In this document: piece after piece, positions 1 through 12,990 of the stretch | How positions within the stretch are numbered: the first letter of the stretch is position 1 | Layout: each line of letters begins with the position of its first letter | NCBI RefSeq assembly: GCF_006345805.1 | Contig: NC_043008.1 | Location: 24,490,001-24,554,000 of the forward strand | Direction: 5' to 3' | From: Octopus sinensis | Lineage: Eukaryota | Length of the DNA: 64,000 bases | Notes under the pieces: model-generated | What the model was told of the DNA's origin: nothing | The model's database searches: none | The model's input: the letters and a program-made list of their open reading frames with translations, nothing else | Made by a program: the position numbers and the translations under genes

Positions 1-78
1 TATATAACAAACTTTTCCATGAATGACTATATGTTTATATGAATATATATGAATATATATGTTTTAAAATTCCTCACC

Positions 79-127
<49 letters not shown>

Positions 128-189
128 AGAGCCGACTTTTAACTATGAAAGAAGTGTCCTTCATCGGATATTTAAACATCATAACTTTC

Positions 190-637
190 ATTGTCATATA
201 TATAGGAGGCAGTGTAATGATATGGGAGAGTGATCACTGCTGCTGGTCCTGGTCTGTCAATGCTGAAACATACAAGCAGATTCTTAGATAGCATGCTCTT
301 CCACATCTCCGATCCACGTCAGCTCAATCTCCTATTTTCGTACAGGACAACGTTCCCCGTCACATTGCGAAAAGTCACAGATTTTTCGAGGTATGAACAG
401 GTTGATTTCATGATCTGACCAACTCAAAATCCCGATCTCAACCCTATAGAAAATGTTTGGAAGATTATTGGAGAAGGAGCACGAAGGAAAAGTCCAGAGA
501 AACAAGATGAACTCTGGGAATTATTGAAAAAAGTATGGAACAATATTACTCCATCATTTTGCAAGAAATTTATTCAGTCCTGTGATAACAGATGTCAGGA
601 GGTCATTGATAATAAAGGGATGTTCACAAAATATTAA
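190..637 (+). mobile_element. Tc1-like transposase C-terminal remnant (degraded)
   Basis: Broken frames read GGSVMIW (~205), QDNVPRHIAK (~343), PDLNPIENVW (~431) and end CQEVIDNKGMFTKY* (637), the typical Tc1 DDE C-terminus. Confidence 0.85.
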
Positions 638-1263
638 TAGTAAGGATTTATTTTTTGTCCTTGTTCCATTGTTTTCATTGTTTTTCTAAGTGGCCCTTAA
701 CTTTGGCCCTTAACTTTCCACATAACTTACGAAATATTAATTCCATTCACTTGAAACTTTTACGTAAGACAGATATAGGATATATCTAAATAGGCGTAAA
801 ATATCTAGTCTCAACGTGTTGTTAATCTTCTATAATAACTATTTCAATACGACCCTTATATTATGACTGCTACTGTATATGGAGGTATATGTAAATAAAT
901 GTACATACGCGTGATTGTAGTAGCTACTGACGTATACGTATGTCTAAGCATTGATGCATTTCATATGAGAAATTCTCTGAATGTGAAGATCTTTATATAC
1001 GTATATGTATATAAGTTACTATCTCAATACTTGTGTATTTCTACCTGTTACAATATAAACTTATAAAACGTGTTTCACAATATCGCTGCTTCTTTAATGC
1101 TTTTAACTTAATAATTAGCGTTAAACCGATTTTTTATACCCCTCTCCTCTGAATAGAGACGAGACAGAGTATTATATAAGCCGACAATCTAAGTGCTGTG
1201 CCCTTAGAATGATTTCTCATTATTTTGGCACACATGGTTTCTTTTTGCAATATTTTAATCAGA

Positions 1264-1480
1264 AGGCGGTGAGCTGGCAGAAACGTTAGCACGCTGGGTG
1301 AAATGCTTAGCTCTATGTCGTCTGTCTTTACGTTCTCAGTTCAAATTCTGCTGATGTCGACTTTGCCTTTAATGTCTTCGGGGTCGATAAATTAAGTACC
1401 AGTTGCGTATTGGGGTCGATCTAATCGATTGGCCCCCTCCCGCAAAATTTCGGGTCTCGTTCCTAGAGCAGAAAAGAATA
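1264..1480 (+). mobile_element. tRNA-derived SINE, family 1 (full copy)
   Basis: Head GGCGGTGAGCTGGCAGAAACGTTAGC, B-box-like GTTCAAATTC, central GCCTTTAATGTCTTCGGGGTCGATAAATTAAGTACC. Homologous copies at 9518-10100 and 56652-56752. Confidence 0.85.
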
Positions 1481-2039
1481 TTTTAACAGAATGTTTTCTT
1501 TTGTTTCAGAATACAAGAGGTTTTGGATTGTACGCTGAATCAATATGATTTCATGATATAGATATGAAACACCCTTCACATCAGTGTAACACCCTATGTT
1601 TTGTTCTCTCTGTATTCTTCTCAATATTCTTTACTCTTAGGGATAGAAAATATTTCATTCCGCATTAAACTAATTGCCAGTGTCTTCGTTACGTGTATTT
1701 CTTTGACGTATATTATCTTCTATGTGAGACTTGTGAATCAAAAGAGGTGGAGAAATGTCACATGGCGTAGGGTTTGTTAATGATTCTTTAAGAGGAGTGA
1801 GGGAAAGAAAGACATCCGATATAGGTGGTGGGGAAGGTAATATTCTGGTCTGCTGAGATAGCTACGCCTATGAAGATACATAATTTAGACTCCTTCTGTG
1901 GGAGAGTGATATCAACAACAGCAAAAGCTTTTCCGACGTGGATAGCGCCATAAAAAGAAATCTTTTTGCTAACAGTGGATGGAAAAATTCAAGAACTAGC
2001 TGAACCAAAAAAAAAAAAAAATAAATAAATAATATATGA

Positions 2040-2950
2040 GGGAAATATGTATGAAGGTTCTTTCACTTTGGGATGTGATGGAACCGGTGTCTGTGGAAAT
2101 TATTTCTGGTTGTGAAAATGTGTTCTTGTTATTTTTGTTGTTGGGTATTTTCCATAGAGAGGTTTTTCTTGCCATTTATCATTCAGAATATCTAAGGCCG
2201 CAGTTTTAGCACGGGTTTTCATGCGCTTAGCTTTGTGTATCTAATTCCGAAATTTGTTGTATTCGGAATTGACTTAGATATTCCTTTGCCTGTTTTGTTA
2301 CTGAGTATGATTTCTTCTTTTCATGTTTTGAGACAAGTTTTAACATCCAGTCCTCAGAGTTTTTCAGGTAGGTGTCTAGGCTAATTGTAGCAATCTTCAT
2401 TGTTATTGCCAGTTGTAAAAGTCCACGGCCTCCCTCTTTTCTTGGCAGATGAAGTCGTTCTGTATCTGCTTTAGGGTGGTGCATTCTATGCATTGTCAAC
2501 AGTTTTCGTATTTTTCTGTCAAGATTACATATTTTAGTAATTGACCAGTTAACGATATTGAAACTGTAAGTCACGACTGGTATGGCTAAAGCATTGATCG
2601 CTTCGATCCTGTTTCTCGCATTCAGTTCTGTCTTGAGTATTGCTCTTACTCTGCGATAACATTCTCTCCTGATCCTTTCCTTCATCATTGAATGCCTTAT
2701 TCCGTCCCCTTCAATTACCCCTAGGTACTTGTAGCTCCCTGTTGGGTCTAATTCTTTTATGACATTCTGCTGGTCAAGGTCAACGTTAGATGTTTCTGTC
2801 ATTTTTCCTTTGATAAAAGTAGCTTTTGCGCATTTACCGAGGCCAAATTTCATTCTGATGTCATCACTGAATTGTTTAACAATCGTTAGTAAGCCCTTGA
2901 GTTGTTGGTCATTTTTTGCAAAGAGCTTTAAATCATCCATGTAAACGAGA

Positions 2951-2955
<5 letters not shown>
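2040..2955 (-). mobile_element. R4/Dong-clade non-LTR retrotransposon, 5'-truncated RT C-terminal/thumb fragment
   Basis: ORF 2227..3027 reads YMDDLKLFAK, KFGLGKCAK, YKYLGV, AINALAIPVVTYSF, RLHLPRKEGGRGL, continuing to EKPLYGKY near 2150. The N-terminal poly-I is a translated (ATT)n repeat. A further degraded RLE-like stretch may extend to ~1500. Confidence 0.9.
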
Positions 2956-3018
<63 letters not shown>

Positions 3019-3039
3019 CATCATCATTATTATTATTAT

Positions 3040-4075
3040 TTGTCTTCAATTTTGTTTCCATTTCTTGTCGAGTAACTTTCCGTTACCTACAACAAAAAAA
3101 AACTCACGAGATACATTCAAATACCAGACTGTTTATGTATAAATTCAAATAAAGTTATGTCGAAAAAATTATTTGCATGGGTTATAATTGTTCTCACAGC
3201 GACAATCCTCTTCTCAATACGTGTAACGTACCAGTTAAAACAATTTCTTTTTCTTCTTGTAGGGACGGTAGGCTAGAAATCATTTCTCAAATATTTTTTA
3301 TGTACCTTTTTGATCATTCCTAGAACTCCTACAATCACTGGTATTGCAACTGCCTGACATGCCACATTTTTTTCGATTTCAATGAGTAAATCTTTATGGT
3401 TTCTGAGCTTGTCAGTTCTTTTACCGACATATTATAATCACAAGGGATACTCATAACGATCATTAAATAAATTTTATTATTTTGGTCTTTTACAATAATA
3501 TCCTGTTTATTAACTTTGGTAGTTCTGGAAATTGCAATGAATCGGTAGTTTTCGCCATCAGCTACAGCCTTAGGGTGATGCTTTTGTCACTAGTCAAATG
3601 TTTTGATTTTATAATGCCGACATATTAGCCAGTGTAGATACCAGCCAACTCCGTAATGTCTTGATTTAGCGGCTCACTGTTTCAATCTCATCATTACAGA
3701 ATCAACACTTTTGATATACTCCATATTTCATTACATTGGCTTGGTAGTTCCGGGTTAATAAGCTTTGATTTTGAGCAGCCTTCACTCTTTTTAGCCCTGA
3801 GCTTCGCAGCAACTGATGGGTATACTTCTGGTCAACATCAGCTTGTTTGCTATGGACCACATATTTGTCATGCAGTGGTTTCTTCTCTCACCTATCATGC
3901 GTCTTGTCGTTGTCATTAATTTCGCCTTCTTTGTAAAAACAGTTGCCGCACTTCCTTCATGCTGTTCGGCCTGGGTATCATACATGAAATCAAAAGCAAA
4001 TTCTTTTGTTCATTTTTTAGGTAAAACGAAAGTTCTAACGCCTCTCATGATTTTCAACGAGTTTTACCATCCATT
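3040..4075 (-). mobile_element. R4/Dong-clade retrotransposon 3' fragment (zinc knuckle + restriction-like endonuclease), heavily degraded
   Basis: Minus frames read EKKPLHDKY, LRSSGLK, AQNQSLLTRNYQANVMK, KC*FCNDEIETV, KDLLIEIEKMWH and IVLTGTLHVLRRGLSL*. A 3' UTR ends in (TAA)n at ~3040. Confidence 0.8.
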
Positions 4076-5399
4076 TTGTTTGTTGTTGTAAGTGCTGTTG
4101 TTGCTTTTATTTTCAGTCACTACGGCGTATTTAGTACTGTGTGGTAGGCGATAACTGCAAAAGACACTTTCACGTTCAAAACCTCCAGCTACTTTCTCTC
4201 TACCGACTATATAGACAACGCGAATAACGCCAATTCGATTTTTTTTTGACGTTTCGAAAAAGTTTCTTTTTTTAGATCATTTGCTTCGTAATCCCCATCG
4301 AGTAACAAAACCAGTTGATCATCCCTAATTTTTCCCGTCAACAATGACACACGGTTGAACAATAAAACCTCTAGAATGGAAAGAAAAAGCACAACACATC
4401 GAGCTCTAAAATAAGTTCAGCTACAGTGACAATCAATAATAACGGCAATAATGGTAAGAACACATCTATAATAATAAATGGCAAGTTTGAGTGTTTGTGA
4501 ATTTGTTACTTTAACTCTTTAGAGACTATTCAATAAAACTTGACACGTGTGGGGGGCCTTATGCCCATGCGGTTACTTACGCGCTTGGTATTTTAAAAAA
4601 TCGATTTTTAATCAGCATCGATTTTTCAAAGATCGTAAAATTTCGGCATTTTTCACACTAGCCATTTGTGACATCAGTTTGACGAAAAATGCCGAAATGT
4701 TCCATGGGTATAAGCAGACAGCTTATTAACGGTAATCTATTTAGCATTTGCTAATTCTTCATTTCAATGCGAATTGTTTTGATTTACTAAAACTTATTTC
4801 ATTTCGTTCCTTTAATTCCACAGCGTTTCAGGTTTTGATTAAGTAAGAACATTTTATTTCTCAAGCAAAATTTAGTCATTTTGCATATAAGCCATCATGA
4901 CATCAATTTGACGAAATCTGTCCCAAAGCGTAAAATTTCGCCATTTTACGCACATGTACAAAAATGACGACCACATGGGTTCGCTACCAGACTCTGCTCA
5001 TTTTTTCGTCAAATTGGTCCGACCCATTAATATCGATTTTAAATTTTTGGAAAAAGTCAAAATTAGACGAAAAATGTTTCATGGCTATAAATAGACATCG
5101 CAATAAAACAGACAGGCAATAAAAATATCGTTGACATAAAGTTACTGGAAGCATAATAAACATACACTTCATGAAAGGAAAAGAAAATTTAGGATTGACG
5201 AGATCTTAAAAGAAGAAATATTAAATTTAGACTTAGAGGATACAATATAGTAATTTGAACGTGAATCATTTAAAATCTATCAAAGCTGCTAAATAATAAA
5301 CAGTTTCATGAAAATAGGGCCATTGTACTATGTTTCGGGCTGGTCTCCGTCTAGGACTTACAATATGTATATATAAATTCCAACTAAATCAATTAAGAA

Positions 5400-6100
5400 T
5401 TCAGCTTTGAACAAATGAATTAACTGCAATAATGTTTCTATAACTTCACTAGCAAAGTATAATTCCGTAGCTTTGTCACATCTCTTACAAAAATATTATA
5501 GCCATTTTGGTAGCTACGACAATTATATTTACAGGTTTTTGCTAGTGACATCAAGGTGTTCCATGAAGTCTTAATCTGTATGCTTAATTTCTATATTTTC
5601 AAGTTTCCATTTTTTAAACATATTCTGATACATAAATTCACATGTAATGTTTTAATTTGTTTGGTGTCTTTGTGAAATATGGTTGGTAATACCTCCTTGT
5701 CATTTGTATTTGACGACGTACTCTTAAAATAAACATAGTATATTAGACTACGAGCTTCAGAAAACTCCCACAACTTTGTATTAAATTCATTATTTTTTCC
5801 CTCCGTCTTGACATGTTATTTTACTTATTTGAAGAGAGCATTATCACCATAATTTACAACTGGAACGGCTTGATGATTGGTAAATAGCAACTTATTGTGG
5901 GAATTTAGTTTAGGATAATAAATATCAGCCCTCTGAATGTAAAATACGCCTCCAGAAACTTTTCTATACTTTGTCGTCGCCCTTAAATATTTGTAAATGT
6001 TCTCTTGATTGTACGACGGTGGTTTACATTTTACTATTTCTTTTCTTTCTACATGACTTCTGTTTGTTGACAACATGCTTGATTCGACTGTTATTGACAC
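5400..6100 (-). mobile_element. Degraded PLE (GIY-YIG end) remnant
   Basis: Only fragmentary motifs (IKTSWNT, SYQNGY) resembling the PLE endonuclease C-terminus. Confidence 0.35.
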
Positions 6101-6339
6101 ATTTGTACAAATGTAGAATGTATATATACCTTACTGATGTTTGTGTTGCTAGTTGCTATAAGAGAAAATGTAATTTGAAGATTGTTTTGTCTATCGACCT
6201 ACGAGGATATTGATTGATGTGAGGTGTGTTGGGAGATTTGTACCTTATGGTTAAAGGAGATATTTATAAGGAACCAAAAGAAATCTTTACACATTATTTG
6301 TTGTAGTAAGTTTATAATGTAAGGTGTGGAATGAAGCCA

Positions 6340-6646
6340 CATGGTTTAGTGAGTAGGGTATTCACCTGACGATCATAAAGTCGTGAGTTCGATTCCCAGT
6401 GGTAGTTGTGTCTTTGAGCAAGAGACTTTATTTCTCGTTGCTCCAGTTCACTCAGCTGGCAAAAAATGAGTCGTACCTGTAATTCAAAGAACCCATCTGA
6501 GTCACGCCGAATCTCCCTGTGAATCATATTAAAGATAAGCGTATCTGTGGAGTGCTCAGCCTTTTGCATGTTAATTTCACGCGTAGGCTGTTCCGCCGAT
6601 CAGATCAACTGGAACCCACGTCGTCGTAACGGATGGAGTGCCAGTT
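6340..6646 (+). mobile_element. tRNA-derived SINE, family 2
   Basis: A-box-like TGGTTTAGTGAG, B box GTTCGATTCC, CORE-like GTGTCTTTGAGCAAGAGACTT, tail GATCAACTGGAACCCACGTCGTCGTAAC. Confidence 0.75.
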
Positions 6647-6899
6647 ATGTGTATGTGTGTGTGAGGATGTCTGTGGTGATAACAGATTATTTGTGATGAT
6701 AATGTATTTTCCTTTCATACAAATATGTGTTAGCATTAAATATTTTCGCAACACGTCTACAAAGAGGATGTGAATGTATACCCGGAAAGGACGACGGTTG
6801 ATGGTGCTGTCGACAATGTTTATTGTGTTTCATGTAGCCAAGATTATCAGGAATATTTAATGGCAACCGAGAATACTAATAACTCAACAACTTATCATA

Positions 6900-8175
6900 C
6901 GAGGGGCGTTCAATAAGTAATGCCTCTGACCCACTTGCAGTTGTTTGATCTAGCTGAAATTTTGCATGTGCAATTATTTATATCTCTATAGATTAAGTGG
7001 CGAATTACAGCTAAATGAACTGATTGTGGTTTCTGATTTACAGGTGTTTGAACTGAGTCAAGTGTGAAATGGAGCCTGTTGAGTGTCGAGCAGTGATCTG
7101 GTTTTTGTATTTGAAAGGACGCACACCACGGGAGACTTTTGATGAAATGAAAGTAACTTATGGTGATGATGCCCCATCATATGACCTTGTAAAACGCTGG
7201 CATTGTGAATTCAAACATAGTCGGAACTCTGTGGAAACAGCTCCCAGATCTGGTCGCCCCCTTCGGCCATTGATGAGACGTCTGTCTGTCAAGTTGAGGC
7301 TGTCATTTTGGAAGGTCAACGCATAGCTATTCGCCAAATAGCCCATAAGGTCAAGATTAGTACCGGGTCTGTGGAAACTATCATTCATGACCATTTGCAT
7401 ATGCAAAAGGTGTCTGCCAGATGAATTTCCAGGTTGCTCACACCTTTCCAGAAGCAAGAACGCGTTGAGTGCTCGAGGATGAATTTGGAGATGTGCCAAG
7501 AAGATGAGTCAAACTTTTTCAAAAGACTGATCACACAGGATAAAATCTGGGTCCATCACTATGATCCATAGACCAAAGCCCAGTCAATGCAGTGAAAGCA
7601 CCGTGACTCACCTCCTCCAAAGAAGGCAAGGGTGCAGCCCTCCGCTGACAAGGTTATGCCCACAGTCTTCTGGGACCAGGACGGAGTAGTGATGACAGAT
7701 TTCCTGGCAAAGGGTACCACAATTACAGGAGCCTATTATGCTTCACTTTTGAGGAAATTAAGAGAAGCTATCAAAATCAAGAGGCGGGGCAAGATCAGCA
7801 AAGGCATCCTCCTCCTGCAGGACAACTGGCGTGTCGGTCCACAACTCGCGTGTCGCCAGATAAGAAGCACAGGCGTGCAGCTATGAACTCCTCCCCTTGC
7901 ACCTTCTGATTTTCACCTCTTCCCAGCCATGAAGTTGATTTTGAAAGGAAAGCGTTTCCCAGATGATGCAGCCTTGATTTCTGAAGTCACGTCGTGGTTG
8001 GAAGACCAAGCTGGGGTCTTCTACAAAAACGGTTTCCAGAGCTATACCAAACGATGGGAGAAATGCATAACTCTGGGTAGTTCCTATGTAGGAAAAGACT
8101 AATAACTGTGCCAAGTGTCGTTGCTCTACTGCTATGGGAAGTGGGTCAGGGGCATTACTTATTGAACGCCCCTCG
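6900..8175 (+). mobile_element. Mariner (DD34D) transposon, full length 1276 bp, inactivated transposase
   Basis: TIRs CGAGGGGCGTTCAATAAGTAATGCC at both ends, TA TSD at 6898-99 and 8176-77. Transposase pieces MEPVECRAVIWFL...RSGRP, ITQDKIWVHHYDP, LLLQDN, LAPSDFHLF with stops and frameshifts. Confidence 0.97.
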
Positions 8176-9214
8176 TAAAACACATTATTGTAACATTAGA
8201 GTTAGGAAAATTGGAAATGAGACGATTTAAGATGGAAATAATTCAAATAAATTTCGGTTGTATTTATTTCTGAAAATTATTTCTCTCATCTACACCACCA
8301 CCCAACCTAAAATAATAACGAGTAACACCACCGGAAGAATAAACATTCCTAGTTTTTCCTAAGTATTTTATTCTAACTATTCCTATCAATTTTGAGGATA
8401 CACTAAACTCCATATATATCAGCAAAATTCCCCAGTGTACATTTTCAGCATGGAAACTATTTATGATCAAAACAAAATGAATAGAATTTTTAAGGTCATG
8501 AACAGATTAAAACACGCTGTACACACAAAAATATAAAGTATAGAGCAAAATAAAGATTAGAAAATTCAACATCGAAAAAAACTATTAATTTTCCTTCACT
8601 TAATATCTTATAATCTAAACCATTTTGTATTTTATGGTCTAATTTATAAGAATTTTATCGAAAATTCTCGTTCGATCAACTATTCTCCCTCCTATCCGAA
8701 TTGACCTCTGTGTCGTTTCAGCATAGAGGAGTTTTTTCTTTTGTAATTATAGAGTTACTTTATGAGTCAGTCGAGATTTCTCTACAGAATTGGTAAATTA
8801 ATTAAATGAATTCTTTATATTGATCTGCTTCACTTTAGGCCACAAAGCTACTAGTAACTACTGTCTTCACTTAAATCATCAGCAGAGCGATATACAATGT
8901 AACTTACGCCAGCGTTACAACTGTCCCAACCAGCATCTGATTCATCAATACTGTTTACTGTTCATTTGATATCAACGAATAATAAAAAATAAATGAAATA
9001 ATAAATTAGGCAAAATTAGCATATTTGAAAGAATTCCTTTTGCCTGAAGTTTTTTACTTCCTTGTGGCTAGGACGTTATGTAAATTTGGTTGAGATGATT
9101 GAGATGCACGCTAAACGTACTATTGTAAAAGCAGAAAACGAGTGTTATGTTTTGTTACAACCGATTCAACTATCAAAGTACCAGCTCAGCTATGGGGCCT
9201 TTCAACGTAAAAAA

Positions 9215-9257
<43 letters not shown>

Positions 9258-9517
9258 AAAAGTGACACAAACAGTACACTTGTAAAGGGACTGATTTTAG
9301 CGTCGTACACAACCAGGAAAATTTACCTATGGATCATGTAAAAGCTATTGAGACACACCACATGCATTCATTACTTAAAATCCTGTACAAAGATGAAGAA
9401 TACAACGGAAGAATAAATCTCTACTCAAATAAAATCCGATCCCGTTAATTCCATCACGTCATTCTTCTTCTCCCCCTCTTCCTCGTCCTCATCATCAACA
9501 ACAGCAACGTCATAATA

Positions 9518-10100
9518 TTCTTTTGTACTCAAGGCACAAGGCCCAAAATTTTGGAGGAGGGGGCCAGTCGATTAGTTCGACCCCAGTATGTAACTGATAC
9601 TTAATTTATCGACCCCGAAAGGATGAAAGGCAAGGTCAACCTCGGTGGAATTAGAACTCAGAACGTAAAGACAGACGAAATACTTATTTCTTTACTACCC
9701 ACAAGGGGCTGAACACAGAAGGGACAAACAAGGACAGACAAACGGATTAAGTCCATTATATCGACCCTGGTGCGTAACTGGTACTTATTTAATCGACCCT
9801 GAAATGATGAAAGCCAAAGTCGACCTCGGCGGAATTTAAACTCAGAACGTAGCGGCATGCGAAATACCTATTTCTTTACTACCCACAAAGAGCTAAACAC
9901 AGAGAGGACAAACAAGGACAGCCAAACGGATGAAGTCGATTATATCGACCCCAGTGTGTAACTATTACTTAATTTATCGAGTCTGAAAGGATGAAAGGCA
10001 AAGTCGGCCTCGGCGGAATTTGAACTCAGAACGTAAAGACAGACGAAATACCGCTAGGCATTTCACCCGGCGTGCTAATGTTTCTGCCAGCTCGTCGCCT
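9518..10100 (-). mobile_element. Tandem trimer of family-1 SINE bodies
   Basis: Three head-to-tail units (10100-9869 with tRNA head; 9868-9684; 9683-9518), each containing TTCATCNTTTCRGGGTCGAT-like core sequence. Confidence 0.9.
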
Positions 10101-10335
10101 TAACTTCATCATAATATTAAACTTTGCCGACACTCTATTTCATTATATCTGTGTTTATATCTATTCCTATGTCTCCTAAGCTGTTTACTATGCTGTATAT
10201 ATATATATATAATTTTAATAATGATAAAGGGTAAAATCAGCAATGATTTTACCAGGTAACCGTAGCCAGGGTGGAAAATAAAAACCGTTCAAGTAAATTT
10301 TACAAATTATTTTATAATTATACACATAATTATAA

Positions 10336-10988
10336 CAAGGGGTCAGTTTAAAGCATCACCACGTGCTGCTAAAAATAGACGTTAAAGCCTTTTTACTACC
10401 TTCAAATCTCCGAGAATAACACACATATTGTAGGTAAGTAAAAGAAAGATAATGTATCAAATTTGGTTAACCATAGACGCGTTTCGAACTCAAAGTAAAA
10501 ATATCTTTACTTACTGTTTCATCAGTACGGTACTCCTTAGAGCATAAATTTAAGCTGACCGCTTGCTATGATTATGCATGTAATTATAAAATAATGTTGA
10601 AAATTAACCTAAATGATCGAAATGACATTTACTGCGGTCTTAGATGTGTACACACACATGTGTATAAAAGTGAGATTTGAATTAAACGCAGTAGTATATT
10701 TTTGCGAGTATGGATGGATATATGACACTTGATGTCGCATGGCCAAGTGCATTTTTTTTTAAATATTCACGAATTAATGCTCTAAGGAGTACCGTACTGT
10801 TAAGACAGTAACTAAAATTATTTTTACTTTGAGTTCGAAACGTGTCTACGGTTAACCAACTTTGATTCATCATCTTTCTTTTACTTCCCTACAACATGTG
10901 TGTTATTCTCGGAGATTTTAAAGAAAGTAAAAAAGGGTTTAACATCTATTATTAGCAGTGCGTGGTGATGCTTGAAGCTGAACCCTCA
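10336..10988. mobile_element. MITE with ~210-bp terminal inverted repeats (Tc1/mariner-like ends)
   Basis: 10339-10548 is the reverse complement of 10778-10985. Ends resemble CAAGGGGTCAG...CTGAACCCTCA with TA at 10989-90. Confidence 0.75.
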
Positions 10989-10990
10989 TA

Positions 10991-11345
10991 CACGCCAGTT
11001 CAAATTGATTCGTTCTCAGTCGAAAGACACCTGTTGTTATTTCTTGTTTGTATTCGTAATTGTGTACCATGTCTCCGTTTTTTGTTGTTTGTTTTTTGTA
11101 TTTGTTGCCGTACACATTTGCTAGCTTTATTACAAAGGGATCTAATGATCTTAGCTTAGACATTATGGTGGGGGGGGGGCAACCAGATCGAACCATCACG
11201 AGTGTAACTACCCGAAATGGTCGTGACTTCTGGAATTTAACTGAGGAAAAAAGCCACGAATGACCCTTCTTTTTTTTACCTGTCCTTCTAATTATTGTTT
11301 CTCTTGTCCGCCTTTATATCGTCTATCTGTCCGAATGCTTTAATG
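10991..11345. repeat. Dispersed non-coding repeat (probable PLE-end derivative)
   Basis: Reverse-complement homologue at 14000-14350; related sequence at 26340-26600 and 26940-27090 (shared GTCTTTCGACT, GAGTRTAAC, CTGARGA motifs). Confidence 0.7.
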
Positions 11346-11379
11346 TTCTCTATTGCATTTTTGTTCGATTTATACACAC

Positions 11380-11427
<48 letters not shown>

Positions 11428-11432
11428 GTATG

Positions 11433-11535
<103 letters not shown>

Positions 11536-11634
11536 TCGGTGCATATTTGTTCCTAGAACGGTTCGATATATCCGATTATGAGCGTGATACTCTCGCTCAC
11601 GTTCTCTCTAACTCTCTCACTCTTCCTGCCTTTC

Positions 11635-11681
<47 letters not shown>

Positions 11682-11685
11682 ATAT

Positions 11686-11730
<45 letters not shown>

Positions 11731-12773
11731 AAGCACATACACAAATGTTTGTGTATGTATGTATAAGTGTGTGCGCGGATAATATGTCTCATTATATTAT
11801 ATATATTTTTTCTTTGGTGATAGCTCCTAGAGCGGAATATAGAATTCTGAATCTGAAATAAAACATAAAGAAAATCCTATAAGTAATACACGAGCTACTT
11901 TTAGAAATCTATGCCGTATTTTTGAAATTTCATTCCTTGATATAAACCTACTTCAAAATTATGTGATAGCTTCTCAAAACTGAATTAGTTTCTTCCATGA
12001 AGCAAGAATGCATCCATTCAGGAAAAACTTAGACTACCAAAGTAATATTTCTAATACAATATTTAGAAATATATGAAGAGTATACTTAATTCATATAATA
12101 CTTCAAGTTTTGATTTTAATAGTACTTTGCGTACTCAGAAAAAATATTGTTCGAATATTTTCTATCTAAGGTTAACAAAGATACATAGTCTGTGGAATAT
12201 TGTTATATATTTCTTAGTAGTGAGCCTGCTAGTGTCTTATTTAACCGCCTCTGATATATTTCATAGCATCGGATGATAAACACTGTCTGGACATGATTTC
12301 AATTTAAAACTCTTGTAAAAGACACTGAATACTGTAAAATGTTTTGTCTCCTATTCGGTTGTATAAGACATGAGGTTATACATAAAAAGGAAAATTATTA
12401 ATTTCAACTTATAAATGCATCTAGTGAGAAGATGCTCCCTGGAATGTCCTAGATATCTAGGCACATCTCATAATATTTAGGTGTGTAAGTATCATATTTT
12501 ATAGAGCTTATAATAAACTAAAACCATCTAACAAGAAAGAGCCTTATTCATCAGTCAATGACAAATAGATTTATCTAGAAGCTGTGAACGTTACGAAACT
12601 CAGACTAAAGCATTCGGATGCGAAACTGATGTAAGGGTTAATACATGCGTGAGCACTCCAGCAAAAACACATACAATCACATATACACACACACGTATAC
12701 ATATATATGTATATATCAAAAAGAAGAGTTGTAATCCTTCTTTGGTATTATTTAATACCGTTATTCATTACAT

Positions 12774-12951
12774 GGGCATATGGCGTAGTGGTTAAGAGCG
12801 CGGGCAACTAACCCCAAGATTACGCGTCCGATTCCAGGCAGTGACCTGAATACCACTACTACTTCTTCTGCTGCTGATACTACTACAACTACTACTACTA
12901 CTACTACTACAGCTACTGCTGCTGCTACTACTACTACTACTGCTACTACTG

Positions 12952-12990
<39 letters not shown>

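Noticed and set aside
4140-5160. Possible piggyBac-like N-terminus and repeated subterminal motifs
   Set aside because: No TTAA-CCC TIR pair or catalytic motif could be found.
10382-10942. TTAA-flanked piggyBac/Kolobok MITE interpretation
   Set aside because: The inverted repeat extends ~45 bp beyond both TTAA sites, so they are internal.
12600-12642. GCAT-TCGG-ATGC-GAAAC-TGAT-GTA hammerhead-like stretch
   Set aside because: The core reads CAGACTA and stem I is poor; at most an old relic.
12774-12850. tRNA gene
   Set aside because: A/B boxes are present but there is no complete cloverleaf, and it is linked to a SINE body in two copies.
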